From contig NC_068999.1 in NCBI RefSeq assembly GCF_001194135.2, forward strand, positions 51,197,001 through 51,261,000: a DNA stretch of 64,000 bases, in the 5' to 3' direction. This DNA is from Octopus bimaculoides. Taxonomy: Eukaryota. The notes below the pieces were generated by a model. It saw only the letters and a list, made by a program, of their open reading frames with translations, had not been told where the DNA came from and did not search any database. The position numbers and the translations under genes were made by a program. How positions within the stretch are numbered: position 1 is the first letter of the stretch; the number at the start of each line of letters is the position of its first letter. Shown here piece by piece: positions 36,750-49,298 of this stretch.

Positions 36750-36865
36750 GGCAGCGAGCTGTCAGAATCATTAGCACACCGGACAAAATGCTTAACGGCA
36801 TTTCGTCTGTGATTACGTTCTGACGACAAGTTCCACCAAGGTCGACTTTGCTTTTCATCCCTTCC
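36750..36865 (+). mobile_element. Family A SINE, 3-prime truncated
   Basis: GGCAGCGAGCTGTCAGAATCATTAGCACACCGG...GGTCGACTTTGCTTTTCATCC; preceded by TATTATTA. Confidence 0.85.
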
Positions 36866-36913
36866 GTTTACTATCCGGTGGGTTTACCATCCGGTGAGTT
36901 TGCTATCCGGTGA
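36866..36913. repeat. 16-bp tandem repeat x3 (GTTTRCYATCCGGTGR)
   Basis: Units at 36866, 36882 and 36898. Confidence 0.9.
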
Positions 36914-37984
36914 GACATAATAGTTGAAAATGTTTTACTACAATTCAAAATTATAAAACTTAAGTGTGCTTTCTAATGTTCTGCGTTCAGGTGAATTGTT
37001 ATATAATAGTATACATATCATATGTGCATGATAAACTAACCTTTACGCAACGAAAAGTATTCTGTTATTTGTCAAGTATAATAATTGAGTAATGATGGAG
37101 AGGTAGAAAAGCAAATATCTCATCAGAAAAGTTAGCGAATCAGTTTATGCGTCTCATATCATACAACAGAAAACTTTGGGTATGCTATTTCATCGCTGCA
37201 AGCCGGAGCAACTCTCTACATACGAAAAAAGTGCAAGATATTAGTCGGATAGATGTGTCAAATCTTCCGATGAACAACGTTTGTTTAGAGATGGCTTCAA
37301 TAAGAATTAACGTTATACAAAAACAAAATTTTAAAATTATACCACAACGATCAAACAGATGAATTGACTCACATGCACATTTTCCGTAAATACGAAATTG
37401 TGTTGTTTGCACTACAATTTTTAAGTGAATTCCTGATAAACTAATTTTATTTTTAGTGTTCATTTCCTGCTAAAATTATATCAGTTATCAATATTAATAC
37501 CTTTGTGAATGGAATTAATTTCAATAGTTATATTTATATTTGCCATAAAAATATTCATTGGAATGAAGCCTATTTTTACAAAGCAACGGAAATGTAGGAT
37601 CTCTATCGAATGAACACGGAGCATAGTTGTTCAGTCCTTTAGAAATAATAAGCTAATTTTTCCACAAACACCCAATGTATCAATGAGGAGGTTTTTGTTC
37701 CGGAAATATTTCCACAATGAAAGGCGATACCACGTACAGGTGTACACGAGCGTGTTAAATGTCGTTGTACCTGTGTGAGAATATTTATTTCTACGCTGTT
37801 TCGTTTTATTCTACTTATTTAATTCCAGCTTGACTAAGCTTTACGTACATCAGTAAATGCACTAAATACTATTTCTTTATGAATAAGAACTATCGCTCTT
37901 CAAGAGACGGTAAAAGCGAATTTCTTATCAGTAGCAAACAGCGCGTAATGACATAGAAACACCTGCATCTCAATACTGGATGGC

Positions 37985-38080
37985 GTGATTCACATTCAGT
38001 ATGTTTTAACACATGGAAATTTTTTCCCGGAAATATTTTCTCAGCGAAAGGGTTGTCCAACGTTTGAGTGTTCTTGACAA
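37985..38080 (+). mobile_element. CR1-like LINE ORF2 3-prime end remnant
   Basis: RKYFLSERVVQRL resembles the CR1 motif RxxFFSxRVVNxWN. Confidence 0.35.
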
Positions 38081-38492
38081 TGCTGAATACGGCTGTATCC
38101 GATTATATTATACAGCACCGTCTTTAAATGAAAAAAGAAAAAAGAAAATGGTGGAAAATGTAAACCTAGTTACAATATGTCGGAAAACTAGTAGAAATTG
38201 TTTCTACTTAAAACGTTTTTTTATGTTAGGTCTTCTGATAATAGATGAGCAACAACTACGGCTATGAGAGTTCAATAAACAATCTCCGTCTACACATAGT
38301 TTGTAAATATTTAACAATGGTACACTAGTGGAGTTATCAGACTCTAACCTCTTTCACTATTCGTATTATATGAATTATGTAAACGCTAAATCATCTTGTT
38401 TCATGTACCTTTTTTAGAAAAATTATCTAAATTCTGCCATGGAATTCTATGAAGAAAACTAACTTATATATTCTTGTGTAATAGGAAATCAT

Positions 38493-38627
38493 GAACTTAT
38501 TTAATCGATCACGAAAAGATGAAAGACAAATTCGACCTCGGCAAAATTTGATCTCAGAACGTAACGGCAGACAAAATACCGCTAAGCTTTTCGCCTCGTG
38601 TGCTAACGATCCTGCCAACTCGCCGCC
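38493..38627 (-). mobile_element. Family A SINE (5-prime half)
   Basis: Reverse complement begins GGCGGCGAGTTGGCAGGATCGTTAGCACACGAGG...TTCTGAGATCAAATTTTGCCGAGGTCGA. Confidence 0.85.
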
Positions 38628-40027
38628 CTTGTATTAAATATATTGAATATAATAATTTAGGTATGAAATACAAAATACGTATTAAGGAATACACGCAAAA
38701 AAGGGGAGACATTCATATGATGAAGTTCTAAGAATAAATATATAGATATTTATATTAATAGGTTCAACTTATGCAGAGTACAAACGACAGAAAAATTTAA
38801 ATGTGTAGAATGAAGGGTACACGTCCAACAGTTGTTTCTGGTGGCCCGGAGATCCATAATAATGTTGATAGATATAATTCGTCTCAATATGTGGTCGTCG
38901 GATACAATCGACTTTGGATGAGACGACCTTCCGTCAGCAGAGTAGAGATCTTACATTTCATATCTTAATGCAGAGAAGCTCAAAGCTGGAATGATTATTT
39001 ATGGTCACATTCCTTTCTTAATCAGCATTGACCTGAGATAAACAATAACAACAACGACAACGATAACAAATCATGAAAGAGCCGTGATATTAGAATTTGA
39101 ACTTGCTATTCAAGACTAGGAAAATGTACGTCATTTAAAGCAACGTTATCCAGGACGCAGAGTTATCAATACTATAGAAGTGCTGTTTAAGCAAATTGAA
39201 GCGACATTATATTTTATGATCAGGTTAAAGCTGTATATAGTGACAGTTTATGACCAAGGTGAGATTTTATATGTCTGACATTTTATGTGCTAGCAAAAAG
39301 AAGGGTAGTCGAAATAAAAGGAAGTTTGCGAACATTGGACTTTATGGTTCAGTAGTAGTTGCCTTTAAGCCAAACATATCAAAGAAAACATTTATGGGTC
39401 AATACAGGATTTTTCTTAAATTCTTTCATTACTTCATAATATTTTCAGCGTTGTGAAGTTAAATTAATTAATGTCATATTCTAAAATGACTTTTTTCAGT
39501 TATTTATAAAATATTTTTATGTTTCTTGACATTAAATCTACTCGCAAAATTATGAAACAGTTGAATTGTGGACACTGCGATGATATATATGGGAAAACCA
39601 TTAGGATTAAAACTTGAGAAGCCATAGAACTAAATGCAAAATAAAATTTAAATATAAAATTTAATTCTAAAAAAATTAGATTGGTTGTTTATAGTTTCTT
39701 CGTGTAGTCGTGAACCTCTTCGGAGCTGGCTGGTTTCATGCTGCATCGACTCATATGTGTGCAACTCACTCGTATCTCTTCGTCTTTCGCCACATATATT
39801 ACGCTAGCACAGGGATTACATTAACCAAATTCTTCATTCCTAGAATTTCGCCCTTATGTAACCTTTCTCAGTAACATTTCCTCCTTATCTGGCACCACCG
39901 ACTTAAGAAACTAATTAAATGCATGGTTTCTATCAATCACTCAGAGGGCATGAAAAGGCAATGGGCACAACTATCTCTCTTGACACAACTCATTCATAAA
40001 ACAACGGTGTATATCTAACCGAGGGAA

Positions 40028-40340
40028 GGTGCATGCCTCTGTGGTTATAGCGTCGGGTTTACTATCATGAGGCTGTTAGTTCGATTCCCGGACCGGGCTG
40101 TGTATTTTGTTCTTGAGCAAGACACTTTATTTCTCGGTACTCCAGTTCACTCAGCTATAGAAATGAGTTACGGCATCACTGGTGCCTATTTGTATCGGCC
40201 TTTGCCATTCCCATGGACAACATCAGTTGTGTTGAGAGGGGAGTCCGGTATGCATGGGCGCCCGAACTTGTGCCACGGAGGGGAACTTTCTAAGTGCAAT
40301 CCCATGGTCATTCATGACCGAAAAATGTCTTTCTCCCTTT
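40028..40340 (+). mobile_element. Full-length tRNA-derived SINE with CORE-like central domain (family C)
   Basis: B box GTTCGATTCC 40079-40088; CTTGAGCAAGACACTTTA...CCAGTTCACTCAGCTATAGAAATGAGT central block; 3-prime TTCATGACCGAA. Confidence 0.75.
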
Positions 40341-40429
40341 ATATCTCACAAGGCTTACGATAACATCTCCTTTCATGACGCTTCATTTTATTTCCTATTT
40401 TAATCTTTTACATTTATGGGGAATCAACC

Positions 40430-42480
40430 TGTAACTCTACCCTCACCACAACACCGTTGCAGCACACGTCAATTTACACTATGAAGACAAACTTCAACAT
40501 TTCCAAAAAAGCAAACCTAAAAGTTTTGACCTGTAGACGCAATTATAGTTTCAGTAATTTAAGAATATTACTATAACAGAGTAGACACTGCAACCCACAT
40601 TCGTCTGTTGACGTTTGTAGAAAATTCCAAAACATAATCATATAACCTCCAAATCACACATTAAACAGCAAAAGCGATGAAAACCAAACACAACCTCAAA
40701 TGCAATATACTGACCAACACTCTCAACCGAAATTAGATTTATTGTAAAAAAATAAAAATCTAAGAGAATTATAGCAGAACATGTTAACCAAAGGAAAACA
40801 GAGAATTAGCAAACATTAATTCACATTAATGACAAAACTAAAACTATACAAACAGCTCACAGCATCGACACGTTTAACAACCAAACCACGTGACACGTCA
40901 TAATAACAACGCCAACACAATTGTCTCCAAAAGCAAGCAAATGTCACATGCTCTTAAAAAAATCAGTCACCATTGAACACATAAAAAAAAAACCATTGAA
41001 ATCCTTAACGCGAGTTATGTAACTTTCAGCTTTAGAGTGACATTACCCCTCACTGAAAAGCGATATGAAGATCCAAGAATACAAACAAAACGTCTGGTTC
41101 TCACAAAATAGCAGCATGTATACACTTGAAAGTGTTAATGTTTGAAGATAACGCTGGCATTAACACACATTTTAAACTATTCATATTGACCCAGTCAAAT
41201 CATTATAATCTTGAACCTGGATAACAATTCTCAGAATTATAGGTCCAAACAAAAGAATGTAAAAGAAAAAAAACAAGAAAACGACCGAAACAGTATCATA
41301 AGATACACCCTGTTAAGTAAAGTTAAAATGGTAATAAGAACTATCTTGGTTTCTATAGATTGCTCACAACTTCAGTGCATTTCATATGCGCTTCACAATG
41401 CAGACATATATTTGATTTAATCCCCAGGAACTGCATAACAATACAGAAATTTGGTTTCATTAGTAACAAATAAATTAAAACTACCACCTACCTAATCTAT
41501 CTTCCGCTCCCTTATTATCAACACAAAAGAGAATCAGATACACCCTTTAATAAGTTAACAGCATAATCATATTATTCATACATATGACAGCGATTTGGCA
41601 GAATTGTTAGCACGGCGGAGAGAATGCATAGCAGTATTTAGTCCGTCTTCGTGTTCAGAATTCAAATTTCGCTGAGGTCGATTTTGCCTTTCATCCCTTT
41701 CTGGATTAGATAAAATAAGTAGCAGCTGAGCACTGGGGGTGACATAATCCGCTTATCCCTCCTCTAAATGTGCTGGCCTTCTGCCAAAACTATATTACTC
41801 ATACATGAAACAACAATACTAATATTACTATAAGATCTACAACACTAACAGTAAATGTAAAGAAAACAAAAGATATCCAAACATACTCAGAACACTGACT
41901 GGTGCTACGATTCGTCAACAATAAAAGATAGGCTTAAAACAGGGCTAGTATAAAATCAACGGCTCTATTAAGGATCATGGTCTTCCAGTGGGTACCAATC
42001 ACTTCACTATAAATCCCAATAAAATTGAACTGACCCGAAATAGTGCATCTCCAAACAACGCTCACAAAGCATCGATAGAATCCTGAAAATGAATATATCG
42101 CAAGTTGTTACTTCAATTCTGTGTACGCTATAATCTATAAATGCAGTTTAAATTACACTATATGAAATTGATATGTGCAATCAGTCCGATACAAGCAAGT
42201 GCATTGACAACGTCCATGTACACTACTTCCACATCATACTAAAAACACAACGACTTCAGTTCAACCTAGATCAACTTATGAATATAAATTCGCCAAAACC
42301 TAACAGCACGTTGGATTACCTTATCTTTTCCATACACAGTGCATATAACATGCTAATAACTTACTGTAGCTCAGTCAAACATGACAAGACCTGAAAGTAT
42401 ATCGTATTGCCCGAAATTCTATATACATTCCATTGCTGTTCCGAATGCAAAGTGTTAGAACAATGTGTATGTTCAAAAAT
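40430..42480 (+). mobile_element. A/C-rich strand-biased tract, probable ancient LINE remnant interrupted by a SINE
   Basis: Persistent A/C skew; vestiges TCACAAAGCATCGATAGAATCC (resembling PQGSILGP) near 42062 and RLQFNLDQL near 42250. Confidence 0.35.
41586..41791 (+). mobile_element. Full-length family A SINE with 15-bp target-site duplication
   Basis: Flanks ATATTATTCATACAT (41569-41583) and ATATTACTCATACAT (41792-41806), 14/15 identical. Confidence 0.85.
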
Positions 42481-42699
42481 ATATATTTAAACTGTCAGAT
42501 TCCATGTCTGCTCGGTCTGGGTTGGCCTGGTACAAAATAATAAGGACAATAACACCCACTCCAAAGTTATAAATATGCTCAGGATGTAAAAATCTTACGG
42601 TAAATAAATCCGACACAGCTGCATCTCTAAATGCTCATAACTTGAATAGATGGAGATGTTCTTTACAGCGTGTCGTTAACTGAAAGTAAATTTTGGCAT

Positions 42700-42905
42700 G
42701 TTTCACTAAGCCTCAAAATGAGTGAGTCATGCATAATGCTTAGACATATTTCATCCAGTTCTTTACGACATCTGTTCAAAGTCCACCAAAGCTAACTGTT
42801 TCTTTCATCCTTCCGGGGCAAATGAAACAATAATCTTGTCAATTACTTCTGCCGATGTAATCCATTTATCTCGTCCCCACTAAAACGGCTTTCGTTGTAT
42901 CCATT
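42700..42905 (+). mobile_element. Degenerate family A SINE
   Basis: AATGCTTAG..ATTTCATCC..GTTCAAA..TTTCATCCTTCCGGGG..CGATGTAATC blocks in family order. Confidence 0.5.
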
Positions 42906-42929
42906 TAAAAGGCTTTTCATAAGTCTGAA

Positions 42930-43013
42930 TATTCCTTTCTTTGTCATATTACTTGGCTATTCATTCCTTTGTCATATGACTTGAGTATTCATTTCTTTGT
43001 CATATGACTTGAT
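42930..43013. repeat. 28-bp tandem repeat x3
   Basis: Unit TATTCMTTYCTTTGTCATATKACTTG(nn), starts at 42930, 42958 and 42986. Confidence 0.9.
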
Positions 43014-43779
43014 TTGAGACCATGTCATGCAACAGAAGCAATTTCGTTTAAGAAGTCACGAAAGCTATTACATTGATTTTTTCCTCTGTCTTAAAGTGCG
43101 AATATATCCGTCGACTTCAACAACCTAGTCGCTAACAGAATTTCTTTGTAACTCTCGAGAATCTCTTACTGGTGAGTTTTGATAGAATTCAGGGGTTTTT
43201 ATTTTTACTTATTTATTTCATGTTGTCTATTCTGGAATTGTCTGACATACTGGTCTACTGCATAATCGTTGCTCGGGACACAGATAATCACCTTCAGATT
43301 CAATTCTCCCGTTTTGTCTCTCTCTCTCTCTCTCCCACTCTCCTTTCTCTCTCTTTCTCTATTTCACTATTTCCCTATCTCTCTCTCTCTCTCTACCCCT
43401 TTCTCTCTTTCTCTGGTGGTCTGAGACATATGGAAATGTCCGTTGTGAATATACAAAATGTGTTTAAAATGTCTGCTTAAAAATGATGTCTCCACAAATT
43501 AGATTCTTGCTAAATTGAAACATTTGGCCGGCTCTATGTCAAAATAATTGATTAAATATAAGATAATTTATAAATATCTTTCTGTCTCTCTCTTTCTCTC
43601 GCTTTCTCTTTCTCTCTCCCTATTTCTCTCACTCTTTCTCTCTTTCTCTCTCTCATTCAGTCACATACACGCATATTTGTATACAAATATGCTGATATAT
43701 ACCGATACTCATGTTCACAAATACACATACAGGATATACCGCATAGTATAAGTCAGATTTCCGTCTAAAACTCCGACCT

Positions 43780-43970
43780 TATTTAAGATTTAGGGTCATG
43801 TACATATAGTACTGCATCACAATACATTGAACGGAAGACATGAGATATCGTGGAAACGAACTATTTACTCTGGGACTTTGCTGTGAAGAAATGCTAGGAA
43901 AAAGCCGAGGACGATCGAAATAGAACTCAGTCTCAGGCATGAAAACGACAAAGGGTGGAAGATACCAGCT
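43780..43970 (+). mobile_element. RTE LINE ORF2 C-terminal remnant
   Basis: TTAAGATTTAGGGTCATGTA (resembling LRFxGHV), GKSRGRSK (resembling GKRxRGRPK), DKGWK (resembling DRxxWR). Confidence 0.45.
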
Positions 43971-45044
43971 TCTAACTATGACTTTTGTTGTGACTTCTAT
44001 ATGAGACTGTTACTAATGACCAAATCTACATAGCCATTGCATATGATGTTCCCGCACAGTGAGAGAATAGGTGATTCATGAGGAAGCGAGATGGGATAGG
44101 AGAGGGAGAAAAAGTAAAAATTGTCCTTGTCTCCCAAAAGATATGGTGGTAACAACGGTATAAATATGTACAAACACACACACGCACAAACATATATGGG
44201 TACGAACTTGATGAAATAGAGAGAATATAAATGAATTGTGTCAACTTAGTGCAATTGTGTTACATCACTCCAATTCATGGTTCAAAATAGATTCCTGCTC
44301 TCAAATGCAAACATACTGAGTCACCAGCAACAGTTTTATATCTAATGGCAATTCGTTACATACAAACATGAGGTCAAAAAATTATTGCACAATAGGAATC
44401 TTATTTCCAACAGCTTGACGAAAAAGAGATTAAAAACGCATAAAAGAAAGAAAAAATACTTTTAGTTTCGAGAAAAAATATGTAAAGAAAGAATTTTCAA
44501 TAATTGTAAAGGTATTCTAACATAGACCATGTCGCAGAGGTGCAACGGAATATTTAACACCATACGATGAAGACAAAAGTAAACTATAATAGTCTCCTGT
44601 TTTCTGAAATGCCTACATTGGTTCTTTTGTGAGGTAAGTGATTCAAACTTTAAGGAGTTTTTTTTTGGTGATTCAAATTTTAAGTTTTGTTTTTTAGTGA
44701 TTGTTTTCTTAAATTTGTACTATTTAGCACCTGATTCTAAACAAAAGTAAACACTAAGAGAATTGTGTATCTCGAACCAAAATATGCAACAGAAACCAGA
44801 GAATGTTACTAATTAAAAAAAGTAATTAATCTGTAGTAATTATGCAAATTAATGTAGCATGTTTTAACGAAGAAGTCAAATTTTAATGTTCTATAATTTT
44901 ATTTTTGCGTTTTAGCAATTTTATGAGGCTCGACTTCAATCATCTTTTGAATGGCTCAGATGTTACGATTCTAAACTAATCAACTTTCCAGGACAGACTT
45001 AAGATTATCGACAGAACTTAATTTTAATATTTAACTAAATTCAC

Positions 45045-45225
45045 GCCGAGCAAAATAATAACTGATATTTAGTCCGTCTTGATACTCTGAGTACAAACGC
45101 TGCCGGAATCTACTTTGCTTTTCATGCTTCGTGGTTGATTACATAAGTACCGGTTGAGCAGCGGAGTTAATGTAATTGATTAACCCCAGCCTTTGCAATT
45201 GCTGACTTTATGCTATATTTGATAC
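45045..45225 (+). mobile_element. Degenerate family A SINE
   Basis: TCCGTCTT..TCTGAGTACAAA..ACTTTGCTTTTCATG..AAGTACCGGTTGAGC..ATGTAATTGATT. Confidence 0.65.
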
Positions 45226-45231
45226 TCATAA

Positions 45232-45340
45232 GGTGGCGAGATGTTAGAATCATTCCCTCTAGATCGACTTTGCCTTTCATCTTTTAGGGGTCGATATAAA
45301 AAGTACCAGTTGAGCTCGATATTATCGACTGAACATCTCT
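45232..45340 (+). mobile_element. Internally deleted family A SINE, head-to-tail with the previous copy
   Basis: GGTGGCGAGATGTTAGAATCATT joined almost directly to GATCGACTTTGCCTTTCATCTTTTAGGGGTCGAT. Confidence 0.75.
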
Positions 45341-46019
45341 CTTTGCTTGATGCAAAACAAATAGTTTACTGGACACGAAAAGAGTTAATATGATAATTCA
45401 AGGAATGTTAAAATCTTTACCCACGTCCTTCATAATGCAAATAAATTATTACTTAATTATTTATTCTGACCAGTATATCACGCGAGTGTATTAATTAAAA
45501 TAAATTAAAATTTTAATCAAAACTAAAACGTACCATGAAATGATTTTTCTCTTTCCAAGAACGGTAACAACTCGGAAGAGGTTTCGGTATAATTACGTCT
45601 CATCAGTGTCGAATGTACCTGGCCGTTTATTAAATGCCTTCCAATATCAAGTATAAGATTTATGTAAACTGCTATTGACCAATTACAGAGTGGCGAATGT
45701 TATTCTTAGTGTCTACATCTCAGAACTATATTTAAAACACATACAGGCTTTGGAATGTTGTCAAGATCTAATGATTAATCTATTTTGAAGAATTAATCAT
45801 CTGCCGTCTTCTTCTGTGTCATCCAATTTCTATTCTTTCTGCCGTTTTTACGGTATTGAAGTCATTTATGTCCCGCATTTATTCTTCCTCCTCAAACTAT
45901 ACTCTCCCCATTCCTTCCTTCCTCGTCCTTCTCCGCATTATAATCATTACTATCAACGAGCTGATCATGTTTACACTTACTGACAATTTCTATCTAATTT
46001 CTGAACTAAAAACTCGTAA

Positions 46020-46430
46020 TTTGGATAACTTGATTTTCTTATCGACAAATTACAAAATTAGATAATTACAAAGCAAAAGAAATTTGCAACTTCTGCCCTG
46101 AAGACACACTTTGCCAATTCATCTGACTTATTCCATTTGATTCAGTTCAGTTTGGTTTTATCCCTGAAACTAAATGAAACCATTTAATATGAGAAGCAAC
46201 AAATCATGCTGTTGTTATGATAAATGTTACAGCAAGCACAAACATACCTGTAGGTCACAACCTTCTGCTCACTGATCCACTGAATTACTAAAATAAAATG
46301 GACCAGTTAATTGAAAAACACATCTTGAACATGTAATTAGTTTTCATATTTAAACCAAATTGGTTATTTCAAAGTACTTGCAAAGCTTCTTTGACACGAT
46401 GAACATGATGCCATGTTTATCAAACGCCAT
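46020..46430 (+). mobile_element. L2/CR1-type LINE RT remnant
   Basis: NYKI (resembling NYRPI) near 46029, QFGFIPE at 46148 about 40 codons later, and frameshifted FDTMN(H)DAMFIK (resembling KAFDTVNHDILLxK) near 46385. Confidence 0.45.
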
Positions 46431-49298
46431 GCATAATCTCTCAAAAGAGGATTATACCGAATTTACATAGAAATTGCGTCCTTCACATTGCCTTTACATA
46501 TACCAGAATTCAAATACAAACGAACAGTTTATTGGGTAATCAAAACATTGAAGATTCTTAACCTGAAGCTAATCTTCTGTATCCTTTGCAATATATACCT
46601 ATATATACCAGCAGGTATCTCAGTTTGCCTCTAAGCCTGTACTCTTCGTCTGTGTGGGGTGGTGAGGACTGAATTAGTCCCTCGCCTGTGCTGTCTTCTC
46701 AATCATATTTACCTTGATCTGGTTTCTGCTGCTATGACTATTTCCTTGATAGTCTTCGTCAGTTTCCGGTTTCCGGACCAATGTTCTGCAGTAGATAGCT
46801 CTGTGTTGCGCGTTTGTGTTTACTAAGTCTAAAATGGTTCATTGCATTACCTATGCAGTTTAACATTTTATTTTAAAATAGATCGTGTAAATACCTATAA
46901 CATACCATAATATAGCAATCGATCTGAGACACAGTGGTGGAGCTGGGAGGCTAAATTGAAGGCGACCAGTATAGTTTAGGAACAGTTGTAGTCGCATATA
47001 TTGAATTGACTATTCAATATATTCCATTATAACAGTGTTATATATTTCATCGAGTGTCACCGATGAGGAATATAATACAAATTTACTAATATAAATGTTA
47101 GAAAAGAACGAGACCAAGTATATCAAAATGCTATGCAATTTCAACGTACCTGAAAATCTACCGCATTATTCTAATAGGTTAAAAGCCCTGGAACCAATAT
47201 TCAATAGCAGAAAGTTTTCCTTGCAGTTTTTACACTACAGTATTTTAAAGAATGACATTATCGTACGCATTCACTGTTAATTTGTTTCTCACTGGATTTT
47301 AAATATTAAGTAGGAAGAAGGAAACACACAATTGTGCTTGCTTGCTTGGTAAGTGATTTTATCTGAAAGATATTTTCGATGTTACTGAAAATGTTACATC
47401 GTGGAAGAATTATATCAACAATATAAGGACACAGAAAAAAAGATATTTTCACATTTGATTATTTTTAAAAAGAACTGACTGCTATGATGTGTCGAAATTC
47501 TTTACCGTACTTCTATGACGTGACTCTTGAAGCTCTTCCATTGTTTTATGGAATTGTGTTAGTTATTCGATCCAGGCACGAGAGCAATAACTTTTGAGAC
47601 GTCATGGTAGATAGTATTATTAAAGAAAGAAGCTGGAAGTAGATAATATAAAGCCAACTTTCCGATGGTTTGCTATAGCGATTTCTATTAAGCATGAGTC
47701 TACATGCCACATTTCATTTACCACAGTGTCTGAAGTATCTGCAACGACTTATGTATTATCGTAATATTCGTTTTACTTTCAAACATGCCACTAATCTACT
47801 TGAAATTGCCAAATATGACAATAGCTGTTCTTAAACATTACAGAGTTTTTGTGCTTGTTTTTTTTTTTCTTTGTTTTATCCCAGATTATGAACTGTCGCA
47901 ACGTTGAACGAATTTCTGTAAAGTTTTCTGTCAAATAATATATTAGCTAATTCTCTGAGCGAAAATGTATGTCAAGTAAAATTAAAGCAACAATCCATCT
48001 CTGCATATGTTCATTATGAAATCTGTTGCCTAGGGAGATCAGTTTCTTCTAAATGTCATTCTTAATCAACTGAAATACCTGTATGAAATTTACAGTTATA
48101 TCAAGTTACAGTCTTCGACAGGAGCGGGAGTTGGAGAAAATCTCCGACGTACATATAGTGTAGGCAGTTGTCAGTAAACCAATTACAGCTTAACATAAAA
48201 TACACCTACAATTTAGGCTGATATAGAGTAAAAATTAACACTTTAAGTGAAAACTTAACCTGATAGTCACTCAAATGTTCCAAGTGAATTAGCAAGACTA
48301 TGTAACCGTTAGTTTGACCAAAGAACTAAATTTAATAAATAACGACGATATAACATGTTAAGCATAAATAGTTCAACTCTGAGTGCTGCGATAGATTTTT
48401 ATTACCCCAGAGATCATATAAGACAATTTCTTTAACTGAATACAAGAAAAATACTTAGCTTCTTCGTATGAATTTTATTCAACAAAAGACAGTGGGACTT
48501 TGCCGATAAGCTATATGTCCTTCTATTGAGACAAGACTCGCGCAGTTTTTAGTTCAAATATCAATGTTACATTAGTATCTCGAGGAAGATAGTGGGTCTG
48601 TCATTGGCTACAGAAAACTACAATGTGTATAATCTGTTTTAATTAGTGTAACTAGCAGAAAAACAGCCCTCCGGGTGGTATTCTGGTGGCATGTGTATTG
48701 CGCATATTGATATTATATATACATATAGAAACCATGCATAAGTTATAAAGTAAATTGACAAAATGCACATGTATTGAACAAAGACTGTCATAGTTTATTC
48801 TGAAGTTGATCCAGCCTTGTTGATGTAAGATCATTCATAGGTAACACAACTCAAACTGATGTCTACTGAATGATATTATTGGAATGCGTCCAAGAGACTC
48901 ACTCATAAATTGTTCATCACCATCCAGATGCTCCTTTTTCTCTTCTTTGCCACTTTTTCTTTATAAAGTCCGCCCGCTATAAAACTGGAACGTCGCAAGA
49001 GAGAAAATCTATGTTGGGAATCAGAAAATTTAGGTGGTTTAATGGTGCACTCAAAGAATAAAAACGGAAGCATTAGAAGCAAGAACGTTTATTCCTTTAC
49101 GATCATATTGTGGATTTGTGAGTTTGTGGCAGATGTTCAGTTTCCCATTATCACTTCTCCACCTTTTGTTCACTCCCGACTTCTCCCACCTATTTGATTC
49201 TCTACTCTTTCTTGCACAACACATACACCCACACGCATAAGTACTTTCTCTCTTATTTCATAGAACACAATATGATTATTAACTGAAACAATGAATTT

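Noticed and set aside
36866-36913. CRISPR-like or iteron-like arrays (also 42930 and 49299)
   Set aside because: The units are contiguous with no unique spacers, there are no cas genes, and the context is eukaryotic
38830-39240. R4/RLE-type retrotransposon C-terminus
   Set aside because: Only vague RP and ILRKVL-like vestiges; too weak to call by eye
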